NCBI RefSeq assembly: GCF_009914755.1
Contig: NC_060940.1
Length of the DNA: 64,000 bases
Direction: 5' to 3' (one strand)
Origin: the human T2T-CHM13v2.0 reference genome, Homo sapiens
Shown here: in pieces, positions 1-13,399 of the stretch
Position numbering within the stretch: position 1 is the first letter of the stretch
Layout of the letters: each line of letters begins with the position of its first letter
The notes under the pieces: model-generated
The model's input: only the letters and a program-made list of their open reading frames with translations
Databases searched by the model: none
Told to the model about the DNA's origin: nothing
Translations under genes and position numbers: made by a program

Positions 1-3000
1 CTGATGTCTATATGAGCACTGTAGGGGGAGTCCTAGTGGAGGAAACTACTTAGGAAAACATTTGGGGAACGATACAAGCTGGGGACCACGGGGAGGGTGA
101 TACCGGACCCCTGGCATGGGTCATTTCATGGGACTTGATGAGCCAGGCCAGCAGGTCTCAATCTGCTCTGTGGGGGGGAAGAGAGGCAGGAGGACTCGCC
201 AGGCAGGTGCTGTGTGGGGCTGGGGGCCCAGGCTGCAAACCCAGCAGGACGGGGAGGGCCAGGATGGGTGTTCAGTGTGAGGTTGGCCAGGCAGTCCCAG
301 TCTCTGGCGCCAGGTTAAGGCTCAAGCTTGGGAGCAGCTTCACGTGTGAGGGAGACGAGGGGGAGGTGGCGCCCAGTCGAGGGGAAGGACAGGAGAGAGG
401 TGGCAGAGCTGCAGCAGGGTTGGTGTGGGGGTTGGCCTCCTGGCAAGGCCCAGCATGACAAAGGCAGGTGCGAGGAGTGGGCAGGACAGCCATGGAGGGA
501 CCACTGCGGACTGTCCTCCAGCCGGACTGGGATGCGGGTTCCGCCATCCTGTGCAGAAGCTGTGTGCAGGTGGGGTCTGGGGGGCTGTGCCATTTCAGGG
601 ATGCAGGATGGGCTTCCATGTGGCAGGGCTCCCAGGGAGGCCATGGAGGAGGCCGTGGGGAAGTCGGGTGGAAGTAGGGAGGAGAGGGGAGTGTGACAAC
701 AGAGCCCCAAACCCCAGCACCACCTCCTCCTCCCAGACTGGAGCTTGAGCAGGGCTCAGCCCCCGTCCCCATGCTGGGGGTGGCCCTGTGGACCCCGCCT
801 TCTGACTCACAGCAGATGGGGACATCATGTGAGCAAACCCAGCAGTCAGGGGTGACCAGACACAGCAACTGGGCAGATGGCAAATGGGGGGCGGGGCGGG
901 CTGGCACAAAGGGGTCTCTCAAACCGGGTGGGGCGGGGCTGTGGCACGGCCTCAGCCTCCCAGGCCTCCTTTCTCCTGAGCCGTCACTTGGCTGAGACCC
1001 TGCCCCTCCTCCTGTCTCTGGTGCCCCATCTGGGGCTCCTTGAGGCCCCCAGGGGAGCCCTGTAGATTCTGGTCTTAGGTCTGGACTGCTGGGTAGAGGG
1101 GCCAAGGGTTGGGGAGTAGGAAGGGACACACATTTTCTGACCACTGCCCAGTGCCAGCCTGCCCTGGCAGGAGGTCAGCTAAGCCCCAAACTCTCCCTGG
1201 TTCCCTGATGGCTCAGCCTGGATGGGAGCAATCCTGGACCTTCCCTGACCTCAGATTCTGCCAGGCCCTGGGCTCAGTGCCTTGCACACGACACCCACTT
1301 TTCAGATGAGGACATTGAGGCAGGGGAGGCTTACCCAGTGAGCAACCCCACATCTTTGGGGATCCAGAATTTGGGCTCTTGTCCCTTGGTGGAGAGGAGG
1401 CTCCTCAGCCAGCCAGGCACATGCTCGTGTCTTGAACCCTGCCCCTGCCACTGCCAAATCCACGCACCTGTAGGGTGACAGGGCCCATACAGACAGCAAG
1501 GGTGGCTTGCCCAGGGAGAATCTTGGCTTTGTTTCTCTCTGGTTGTGGGAACATGAGCCTGTGCCTCGGTTTCCTCATCTGTAAACTGTGGATCACAATC
1601 ACATCTGCTTCAGAGGCTATTATGAGCATGAAGAGAGTTGATATAGGAAAGCATATGGGAAAGTGCCTTTCCCATACGTGGGAATGTTAAGCCTTTTTTT
1701 AATACCTCTCCCATTGGACAGATGGCTGTATTGAGGCCCAGAGATAACCTGAAATAACTGTGAGCACTTCTCCCTGCCCCCGCTACTGCTGGGAGAGCTG
1801 CGGCCACCTGGACACCAGTGGCGCTCACTCACCCACCTCCAGCCTGATTCGTGCTTTGGTGAGGAGGCCAGTGTGGTGGGCGTCGGGCTCCCGAGCTGGC
1901 GCCTGCGCAGGCTCAGGCAGTTTGTGGTATGCTTGGCAGTTCCAGGCAGAGATAAAAGCTCAGCCCCGGAGGAGCTGGCATGCTTCCGGGCACCGGTGGA
2001 CAGGCCTCTCTGCATTAGTGGGAGATGGCCTGGCGGTGGGGAGATGGCCTTGCTGTCCAAGAGCCAGCCCAACCCTGGTGGCCTGAAAAGTTCTGCGGTG
2101 AATGGCTCTGGCTTGGCTTCCCAGACTCGGGGCCACTTACACCAACTGCAAAACAAGGAACAGTGAGATAGAGAGCCGCCTCTGCCACCTCCCAGGCCCT
2201 TTCCCCTCCCGTCCCCAGGTCTCTGTCCTCCTAGTACCCCCAGCCTGGATGCTCAAGGCCCATGGGGGAAAGCTGACTTTTGAGAGGAGCTGTGGAGACT
2301 TGCATTCCACTGCCAAAGATGACAGCTTCTCTGGACCCGTTTCCCTGCCTGTAAATGGAGATAACAATACATCCCTTTGCAGGGTTGCTGTGGAATTTGG
2401 GGCAAAAGTGGCTGCAAAGTATGTACCTAGCACAGTGCATGACTTCAAGAGGTTCTCCCTAAACCTCAGCTGGAGGTTTAATCTTCCAGGTCATGGGGTC
2501 ATTGACTTAGGCTCAAATCCTTGAAAAATGACTTAGAGCAAGCGGCTGAATTTCTCACAACTTCATTACTTGGGCTGTGAAAGTCTCTGATACCTAAATG
2601 CGGCTTTGTGGGGATGAACCGAGACAGCCACACGTCATAGGGGCTCATGAGACGCAGACCCTGTCCCCAGCTGTCCCAGACCTTTGCTTTTCCATCCCTC
2701 AGCCAGGCTGCCCCCTAGGAGAGGCAGCACGAGGTGGGCTGTTAGGGGTGTGGGCTCTGGGGCTGCCTGATTCTGTCCCAGCTCTACTGGCTGTGTGGCC
2801 TGGGACAGGTATATTAACCTCTCTGTGCCTCGTCTTCCTAATTGTAAACATGAGGATGGTAATGACATCCTGAGAGGATTAAGTGAGCCTCTGTATTTTA
2901 AGTGCTGAGTGCAGGGCTGGGCACACCTCAAGTGCTATTGTAATTGCCCCTTCTGGGCCATGACCAAGCCTTGTTCTTAGAGAGCATTGGAGACTTTATC

Positions 3001-5914
3001 CGGAACAATGGTGCCATCCTCCCAGGATGTTACCGGGAAAACCACCAATCCTGTGACAGCTTCCCCTTTGGACATGCCCATTCCTGGGGTCTTGATCTGC
3101 TGCCCCGAGGCATTGTCCAGCCTGGGACTCCTTCATGTTCCCCAAGACCTGAGACCTGACCCAGGTTTTGGAGTGAGTTAATGTGACCCTGGGCTGGGGA
3201 GCTGAGCTGGAGCCATTACCCACAGAACCGCCGACCTTTCAAAGGACCAGAGGCCATGGCCCTAGCCCTGGAGAGGAGGCCTGGGTTCCAGTCGAGCTGG
3301 TTTCCTGGGACAGAACAGCACTGTGGTCACTTCTCTGCTGGGTGAGTTCACCCTAGGCCCCTGGGAGCTAGGCTGAGCAGCTGACCCCTTCTGGGTCCTT
3401 GGCTGAGTCTGGGCCTCAGGGTGTGGCTCTGTGGCTGGCACCCTGGGTCTCGGACCCTGTGGCAGGGGGTCAGACAACTGCCCAGACCCACCTGCTTTGA
3501 TGGTGACAGATGCTAGGGGTGAGCCCAAGGGGCTGGCAGGGGCCCCTGAGTCATGCTCAGCCCTGTGCCCTCTGCCCACTGCTCCTCTGCTGTGTCACCA
3601 TCTGGGCACGGGCCAAACAGTTCAGGGGCGACTCACAGCCCAAACTTCCGCCCCTGGGGCATACACTTCACTGCCTACAAAGACCCTCATTCAATCTTGA
3701 GTGCTGCTGGCCCTCTAAGACTTGAAACTTTATCCACATTTCACAGATGAGGAATCAGGCCCAAGAGCTCGGAGCAGTCAGTGGTAGCAGAGCCCGAACC
3801 CAGTCTCCTGCCTCTTAGCCTGGACTTTTCCCCAGAGTACCACAGATGGCCATTCCCATGATAGGTAGTGAGTTCCCCACCTTTGTAGGTGTTCAAGTGT
3901 GGCAGGGGCGTTGCAGAAGCAACTTTGGCATCGCATGGGGCTCCTCTTCATGGCTGCTTCCAGCCCTGAGCTTTCCTAGCCTTGGGGGAGATGGGCACCC
4001 AATTCCCACATTCCCTGGAGTCGCTATGTCCTTAAGCATCACACGGGTCTTTCTAGCCGCATCAGGCCATGCTTGTGGGCAGGTGGTGCCTCTATCTAGA
4101 AACCCTCTTCATAGCCTGGCTGTCTGGCAAGGTTCTTCCAAGGAACCTCCACCATGAAAGCCATGAATGCATCTTCAGAGACCCCTGTCCATGTGTAAAT
4201 AGCTCAGTGGGCTGGATGGGAGGGAGCAGAGGGGGAGAGGGACCCAGCTGAAGAGGACTGGAGTGAACAGGGAGAGGCTGAGGGAGGTCAGGAGGGCAGG
4301 ACACCCACCTCCTGAATCTTCAGGACCCCTTGCTCTCCCTTACCCAACAGGCTTGAACCTGAATAGGGGCATTCCTGACCCCATGGCACTTCCCCTGCCC
4401 CCCACCTGCCTAGAGCCATGGGCAGTGGGCAAAGCTGGAAGAAACCCTCGTGCACAGCTTCCTCAAAGCTGTACTTATCCTATGCCATGGCTGTCCTGGC
4501 CACACCTTCTGGGGGACTCTGCCACCTGTGTGCACACCTAGGGGACCAGGTGCACACGGTCTGTCCTCCAGCTCCTCTCCTGCCTGCCTCCTGGCACCTT
4601 AAGTGGAGGTGGTGGGAGCTGGGACCAGTGCAGCACCCTTGCCAGCCATGGTGGGGGAGGACAGCCAGTGTCTCTTCATGGAGATCCTGCAGCAGGTGGT
4701 GGCATGCCCCAGGGTCCCGTCTCTGTCTCCCTACCTGGGTTTGGGAAACTGGAGTCAGAACCTTTAGTGATTGCGATCTAGGAAGGACGGTAGTGTTTGC
4801 AAACCACGTGAGCACAGGAGTGAGCAAGGTCCAACCCCGCCCCTGTTCCCTGGGCCGTGAGGCTTTGGGCCCTGTGGCTCAGCCCCTCTGAGCCTCCCTT
4901 TCCCTCTCTATGGAGTAGCTGCTGCCGACTCTCCGTGTCGTTGCCAGGGCATGCAGGACAACAGAGGCAGCCCAGGGAAAGGAGTGCACCATGCTCCTTT
5001 GGATCCAGTTTTACGAGCTCTGTGTCCCTGGGCAAGCTCCGTGTCCCTGTGTCCCTGCTATAAAATGGGAATGATAGTACCTCCTCATAGAGTGGCCCTG
5101 GAAGCATGGGAGGCCAAGTGCATATCCTATGGTTTGCACTTGTACGTGGCTCCCTGCCCTGCCCCAGCTCTGCCTCGTGAGTCTCTGCAGACTAGTCCTC
5201 GGGACACACCCCACCCCCAGCCTGCTAGACCGCAGGACCCCATGGCCATAGGCACGTGCCCTTTCTCCTCCTTGCTTGACCTTGGAGAGCCCATGGGGAG
5301 CCCAGGTGGGAGCTTGGGGTCTGCAGCAATGGGAACGGGACCCACTTTTCTTTGCACATCTGCTACCTGGGCTCCCCTTAGGCCCGAACCACAGGAGTGG
5401 GCCTTTGAGGGTCTTGGGGATGGTAATTTTGCTTTAATGTAGAGAGAAAATCCAAGGTTCAGTGCTCACAGATTCAGATGGAATCTCAGACATCTTCTAA
5501 TCCAGCAGCCATTAAAGCTGTCTGTGGCCCCAGTGGCATAGGAAAGGCATGCGCTCCCAGGCTTCCATGCTGTGGGACTTCTCAGAGCCTTTATCGGGAA
5601 AGCAAAGGGGAGTTTGCCTTGTGTTTCAGATCCTATCAGGCTATGCACAGTCTTGGGAACCGTTCTCTGGCCAAGCAGCCGGCAGAGGTGTGTGTGCTCC
5701 TGATCCTGTTAGATGCTGGAGAGTGGAGATGGCTCAGTGCTTGAACCCTCTCCATCCCCTATCCCCTACCCCTCACATAGCCTGAGTGGCACTTTTGGGT
5801 TGGATCTTCTAGATCTTCTATCAGGAATGGCTATCTAGTATCTATCAGGAATGGCTCCTTTTGGGAAGAGGTGTGGAGCCTGCCTGCCCTGGCTTAGAGT
5901 CCCAGCTCCGTCTC

Positions 5915-6350
5915 AGTCTTCATTTACTCATCCAGCAGTCACTGGGGATCTTCTGTGGACCAGGCACTGTGCTAGGTACTGGAGATGCAGGTGGTGAGCA
6001 AGACAGGTGAGACAGCAAAGCTGAGCAAGGGATAACAGGTAAGCAAATGGCAGAGTCATGTCAATGTTGGGTGCCAATACGGGTAATAAATCACATGGAA
6101 GCGAGTGATGGATACGGAAGATAATTTTAATTGGGTGGTCATGGAAGGCTTCTCAGAGGAAGGGACATTTGAGTTGAGGCCTGAGAAGGAGGCAGTCAGG
6201 GAAAGGGTCCTGGAAAGGATGTGCTATGCTGAGGGAAAAGTGCACGCAAAGACCCTGAGGTGTGTCTGAGGACAGAAGTCTAGAGTGGCTGGAGTTGGCG
6301 ACTGCAAGGAAGGGATGGGGTGGCGTAAGGCTGGGGGACGGGAGTAGGCT
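5915..6350 (-). mobile_element. L2 fragment
   Basis: cattt-actcatccagc...ccaggcactgtgctaggtactggagat...ggtcatggaaggcttctcagaggaag resembles the antisense L2 3' region. Confidence 0.55.
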
Positions 6351-7989
6351 TGTGGTCACTGGCTTGTGATTTCAGCAGTCCTGCTGCTCCCTGAGCCTCA
6401 GTTCTCTGACTTACAAAATGAGCTTCATCATTTCAGTCCCCGCCCCGACCCTGGTCGGGAATGTTGTAGGTGTGAAGTAAGACAGTGCTTTGGCTTTTGG
6501 CTCTGGGCAGCAATGAGCTATTGCAGTTATTTTTATTATTACTATGAGTGGGATGTTTAGGGACTATGGGTGGGGCTGGGGAAGCTGTGCCTCTGTTTCT
6601 CCGGGTTGCTGTTGTAAGTGAGTGCCAAGTGTATGTAAAAGGCGTGGCGTGCCTCGTCTGTACCTCCCCCCAGGTCCCCTGAACCACAGCCCCTTGCCAG
6701 CTCCCTTTAAGCACAGGATCCTTTGATGCAACAGAGGCCGCCTTCTCCGGCCAGCAAGCCTTGTGAGCCTTTCCGGGAGAAGGTTTCACCAGAGAACAGC
6801 AAGTCCTTTCTTTGCTTTCTTTTCCTCTTCCTCCGGGGGCCAAAAATAGGGCCTGAATGGGACCCAGCTCTGGGCCTGCAGAGAGACAATAGCAGCCTCC
6901 TGACTGAAGCTGCCTCCTGGCTCTGCTCCACGGAGGGGCGGGGGAGAAGGGGAGTTGCAGAGACACCATCCCCTCAGCCCCAAGCCCCTGCTGCCTTTCC
7001 CATGGCCTCTGCCAGAAATCATCCCAAAGCCCCTTCCTCTGTTGGACTCCCCTCAGAATGTGATTGCCAGTGGGGTTCCCCACTTGTGCTCTGAGAAAGT
7101 GCTTGTAGCTGGTTGACTGAGACCCCAGGACCTTTTGCACCCCTGAGCAACCCCACCCTATCTGCTGGCCTGGAACCGAAAACCTCGGTGGGGATTCTAA
7201 CCCCTGGTTCTTTTCTGTGCCCTGTCTGGGGCGTACCACAGTTTTTATGTCCTTTTCCCTTTGACTCAGTGGGTATGAAAAACTTAGAGATCAAAGGAAT
7301 GTGCCCTCTTGGAAGAGAGCGAGCTCCCTGTCACTGGAGATGTTCAAATAAAGTTGGCTGAGCATTGAACGTGGGGGAGAGTTAGGGATTAGCCAAGTGC
7401 CAGATGGACAACTGGTCTTGATAGCTTCATGTCCCAGAGAAAATCTCCATTTAAATTCCATACCCTTCCCTTACCAGCTAGGTGGCTCACAGCAAGTCAC
7501 ATCCCCCGAGTCTCTGTTTCCCAATCTGTAAGGTGGGTCCCCTAGGGCTAACCTTGCAGAGTGGTAGAAATGGATCTCCAAAATGCCCAGTGTAGTTCCT
7601 GGCACACAGTAGGAGTTTCAGAAGCTCTGCCTCTATTTTCCTCCCTCCCCAGACTGGCAAAAGAGAATCTGAGCTCCCAGCCCCGCCCCGGGAGCTCTAG
7701 AAGGAAGCCAGGAGGAACCTCCAGGCCTAGGGCTAACTCAGAAGGGGGATTCTTGGTAGGCTGTGGCAATCTGAGGAGGCTTCCTGGAGGAGGTGGACCC
7801 TAAGGAGTTTTCAGAGAAATATGATGCACACATTGTGCTCACAAAAGCCAGTGGTGGGATTAGAGGGTGTTCAGCTTGTTTTGAGGGCAGGGCCACAGGC
7901 TGGCAGCTTCCAGAAGCAAATCCAGCTACTGTTAGGCATAATTTGGTTACTGGGTGGCCTGCACTGGGTTCTAAAAAGATTTGGTTTTG

Positions 7990-8433
<444 letters not shown>

Positions 8434-8573
8434 CTAACCCCTGCCCTCCCTCCTGCCAGCTCCCTGTCTGGCCTGGGCAGCGTCTGAGTTGAGGACTTGG
8501 GAACAGGACAAGTTACGGAGCCACGTTGCTTTGCTGGGTCTGAGCCGGGGTGTGACGTAGTCCCTGCAGCTGC

Positions 8574-8603
8574 CAACGGTTGCCAGGGCAACGGTTGCCA
8601 GGG
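8574..8603 (+). promoter_or_regulatory. ADGRG1: ADGRG1 e1m cis-element: two tandem 15-bp repeats CAACGGTTGCCAGGG, with an RFX X-box at 8579-8592
   Basis: The perfect 2x15-bp repeat is visible directly. It matches my recollection of the element whose 15-bp deletion causes perisylvian polymicrogyria. A CRE-like TGACGT lies at 8553-8558. Confidence 0.9.
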
Positions 8604-8729
8604 GCTGCTGTCACCTGCGCCCCTTCTCCCGCGCTGGCGGCTGGGGCTTCTCAGCCTCTATTCCCTGGCTGTCCCCTTTGTTTGAAGCTCCAGTGAGGGA
8701 GCAGTGGCTGGGGTGGCCCAGCTTCAAAG

Positions 8730-8870
8730 TCTCTGTCCTCTTGAAAAGAGGTGGTCGGGGGACATTGACCCACCAGCCCCGCAGGCTACTGCCTGCAAAC
8801 AAGAACCCCTCATCTGCCACGCACGTTCTTAATGTATCTATAGTCTGCCTGATGCCACAAAGGAGTCCAG
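8730..8870 (+). other. ADGRG1: Probable non-coding first exon 1m of ADGRG1 (5' boundary approximate)
   Basis: Lies about 130-270 bp downstream of the RFX element and ends at donor CAG|gtacga (8870/8871). The TSS cannot be determined from sequence. Confidence 0.6.
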
Positions 8871-8877
8871 GTACGAT

Positions 8878-9048
8878 TCTCCCGCCTCCTCTCCCCTCCT
8901 CCCCGTCCCTTTCACTCCTGCTCCCTCTCCCTGCTCCCCGCTTCTCCCCTGTCTTCCTCCTTCACTCCCCTTCCCCTCCAGCTCGCCTCCTTCCTCCCCA
9001 TCCCTTCCCCTTTATCTTTTTCCTCTCCCCTGCATTCCCCTTCTCCCC
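8878..9048 (+). repeat. Polypyrimidine (CT-rich) tract immediately after the e1m donor
   Basis: About 170 nt almost entirely C/T. Confidence 0.85.
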
Positions 9049-10739
9049 AACATTGATGGTGTAGCCAGTGGGTGGGGGTGTGGTGGCACTAGGGACCCTG
9101 GGGGGGTCAGATGGTACTCCAAGGGACTTGGGCAGTTTAAGACAGCAGCCTCAACTACAAGGAAATAGTTGGGGGTGAGAGCTCCACACCCGTCCCTGCA
9201 GCCCAGCCCTTGCTGAAGATTCTTTTGGGTCCCTGGGCTGCACCCCCGGTGTCAGAAACAAGCCTCTGACAAGTCCAGGGCGTGAGGGGACTGGAAGTGC
9301 AGGAAAGAGCCACCAGTGGGGCTGGGATCCAAGGTCACCTGGGTGAGTTCTGATGGGCTCCCTGATTTGGGCCCTTGGGAGGATGGCGTCCAGCTGAACC
9401 CATGGAAACACATTGTTGGAAGCTTTCTTTACTGTGACTTTTCAAGAGATGTGCTTTCTAAGAGTCAGGTAAGTTCAGGAGGGAAATAGGCTTGCAGATG
9501 GACAGCGTGTGTCCTGGAGCCAGCCCTGGGTTCGCATCCAATCTTCATTACTTGCTAGCTGTGTGACCTCGGGCAGGTAACTTGACCTCCCTGGGCCTCG
9601 CTGGCCTTATTTGTTGAGTGGGTGTGATGGTACTTGTCTCAAGGGTTTTGAGGAAGCTTAAATGCGTGAACATGTGTAAAAAGCTCACAATCCTGTCTTG
9701 CATTTTCGAAGAGCTTAATGAACATAGTTGTGTCACTGGAGGTGGTGAGCACCCCGCCTGCGGGGTGTGCAACCTCTGATGGTCAGTGATGCTGTGCTGT
9801 GTGCTCAGGAGTGGGGATGGAACTCAGTGCTTCTACTTCCCTTCCCTGGACGGGGCCCAGGCACAGTCAGGCTCGGGCCCCCAGCCTTGGTAGGGGAGAA
9901 CTTTGTTCTTCTCAGCCTACTTAGTAGGGGAGGGTGCTCTCGGCCCCTCAGCCAGTGATCCAGGACCTCGAGGAGGGGGAGGAAAAAAGAAAGGGAGGGT
10001 TGGTGGCCAGCCTGGGAATGCTAAGTGTCCTGCGCTCCAAAGATGGGAGTTTGCCAGACCTGGGGTAGTTGAACTGCTAAGCAAGGAGGGAGGTGACTGG
10101 GCTGACCTTGCGGGCCTGGCCTTGGGCAACGTGGGAACACAGATAGGGAAGGGGAACCTCAGCCAGACAACTGAGGTCCGGCTGTGGTTTGAGAGGGAAG
10201 ACAGTCTAGAGGGGTCAGGGGAGACGGTTCAGCATCCTCTTTGTCCCTTGCTACCAGCTTGGAGGTAAGCTCTGTTCTTACCTGTAGGCATCCTGAAGCC
10301 TGCGGGAGCCTGGAGGGCCCTGGCTGCAGAGAAGGCAGTCAGGGGACAAACATCAGAGTTGCCCACTTGACAGAGGAGAAAATAAGGCCCAGAGAAGGGA
10401 CAGGCTGGCCTCAAGATTCCAGTTGGCTGCAGAGCTTGTCTGAACCTTATGCCCCTAACTCCTGCCACCCCTGCTCTAGGCATGTACATTCCCTGGGCAG
10501 GTACTGACTGGTGTGTGCCCTGGCGCCCAGGAGGCTGGCCTCAGCTGCTCCTTGGAGATGGCCAGGTGGAGACTTGGCCATGAACCTCTACGTGGCTGCA
10601 GACCACCCCAGGAGCATAAGCTGAACAGGCCTGGCACCAGAGTCTTCGGACTGCTGGCTCTTTGGCTCTTTGAGGTCCCTTCAAGACAGGCTGGTGTCCC
10701 CAGTGCCTTCCTAATCCCTGTTTCTCCTTTAGGTTCTAA

Positions 10740-11064
<325 letters not shown>

Positions 11065-11078
11065 TCCAAAATTCTTCT

Positions 11079-11277
<199 letters not shown>

Positions 11278-11959
11278 TGATTCTCATCTCCTAAAACTCT
11301 TGCATCTTCATATTCTTTCTCTCTCTTTTCCAACATCCTGAGTGTCTTAGCTGCTTGAGATGAAGTCACAGGCCCAGCTGGCCACGGCCAACTTTAATGG
11401 AATGGCACACCTGGGACAGGCCTGGCAGTGCCCTTTTCCCCACGAGCTGGTGCTGCCGGCCGAAGGGAGGTGGGATAGGCCTGAATATACCCCAGGCTCA
11501 CCAGGGACCTCTTTCCTGGAAGTGTCAGGGATGATGATGAGTGGCCCTGGGGAATGCCTAAGTGTCTCCTCTAGCTCATCTCATGCTAGCTAATGACCTT
11601 TGGGACAGCTCAAAGGGGAAGGGAGGGGAGGGGGCTGGAGGTGCTGGCAGGCTTCTGTGTGGCGTCAAGATTTCTGAGAGCTTTTTTCCATGTGGATAAC
11701 AGGTGTCCATGCAAAAAAGGCTCTACCTTCATGTTGGGTTGGGAAACTGCCCAACCAAGCTTTATGGGTTTCTTTCCTGCAGGACTTATCAGAGCCTTTG
11801 ATATGCTAATATACAACAGAAAGTATGGCCCACAAGCATTTCTCTAATCTGGGGACTAGTGCTCCCTGAAAGTGCTTTGGCAAGTTACCTCATGGTAAAG
11901 ATGGGGAGACTGAGTCCCAGAGAAGAGAAAGAACTCAGAAGACCACAATGGCTAAAAGT

Positions 11960-12215
11960 TTGGGCTTGGAGGTTAGGCGGACCTGAGTTTGAGTCCCGGC
12001 TTTTCTGCTTATTTGCTGTGTGATCTTGGGCATTACTTAACCTCTTTGGGCTTCAGTTTCCTAAAGTGGGGACACTGATAGCATTTGCTTCACCAAGTTG
12101 CTGCGAGGATTGCATGATTCATGGGCTCTGCTCATAGGGTTACTGTGAGGATTGAACAATTAATTTTTTGCCAAGTGCTTTGCAGGATACCAGCGGCTAA
12201 TTGAGCACTTGGTGA
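11960..12215 (+). mobile_element. MIR
   Basis: gctgtgtgatcttgggcattacttaacctctttgggcttcagtttcct core. Confidence 0.65.
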
Positions 12216-13399
12216 GTGGAAGCTGTGATCCTCCCTCTCCTCTTAGAATCTCCCTGGATTCCAGGGCCCTTTTCACTGCACCAGATAAGACCCCTGTTTA
12301 GTCCCACTCATCATCTGGTGTCCTGCCAGGCATGGGGACTGGGAGGATGTGGGGGCCTGAGGCCAGGACACTGGGACTCTCACAGACGTGTCACAAGGTT
12401 GTCATCACAGGGAGGAGGACCAGTGTGTGCAAAGGCTTGGAGGTGGGAGCATCCAAGGCCAGGCTTCTTCCTGGCTGGATGACTATATGTTGGCTTCTCT
12501 GAGGCCTCTTAAGCAAATGCCCAGTTCCGCATATGGGAGGCAGCAGGGCAGCCGGCTTTGGACAACTGACTCTCTGGGAGGACTTGGAGTCCCTTCCTAT
12601 GAGTGGGTCCTTCCCTCTCAGGCTGGCAGGGAGTGCCCCAACTTCTCCCCTTTGTCACTCTTCCCACAGGGTGTGTCTGGGCAGGCAGAGGGTGTTGTGG
12701 CTCAAGCACTTGGTTGGACCAGAAGCCACGGGGACAGTGAGGCCTGAGCTGGCGGTATGGGGGGTGGGGGGTGTCCAGCAGGTCTGATGTAAGAGTGTGA
12801 GCCTCACCCTGGGCAGTGAGTGGGCCAGGCCTGGGCACCTGCCAGCCTCCGAGGCAGGCAGCTTGCTTCATTTTATTCTCCTTTATTGTAGGAAAATTCC
12901 TGAAAACTGAAGTCACTCTGCTTCTGCCAGTGATCCTGGAATACCCCTCTTGGGGAGCTCTCTGTGGTCACCTAGCTTGGACTTCCGTCACTCACTTGGG
13001 GAGTGGGAATGGGGGAGGGGAGTGGGAATAGGGGAGGAGAGTGCTTCTGCCTTTGCAAGCTGTTATCCCAGGACCCATGGGTGCGGCTGAGGGGTGGGGG
13101 GACTGGGCTGGGGGTGGGGCGTAGCCCTGAGTGCCACCTGGGTCTGACAGGGGTGTCTACTTTGAGCTGTTGGGTACATGCTATTTCCAAGTAAGATTTA
13201 CTTTTATTAAAAAAGTTTGGAAACCGTTGGAGGGAGGGTCCTCTCAGACGCCACGCCACCCACCATGGAGGAAACACCTGCAAGAGCCCTGCTCTTTGCA
13301 CTGTGCCCCGCCCTCCCTGTCCCCTTCCCAGCTTTGAAGTCTGTTCCTCTGAGGAGCTCCCCGCCTTCTCTTGCTTTCTCCTCCTGGCCCCATGCATCC

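Noticed and set aside
272-1144. 290-aa Pro/Gly-rich minus-strand ORF
   Set aside because: GC-rich non-coding DNA with a GTG start and no recognisable domain.
6433-7239. 268-aa minus-strand ORF
   Set aside because: No domain or coherent composition; expected by chance in GC-rich sequence.
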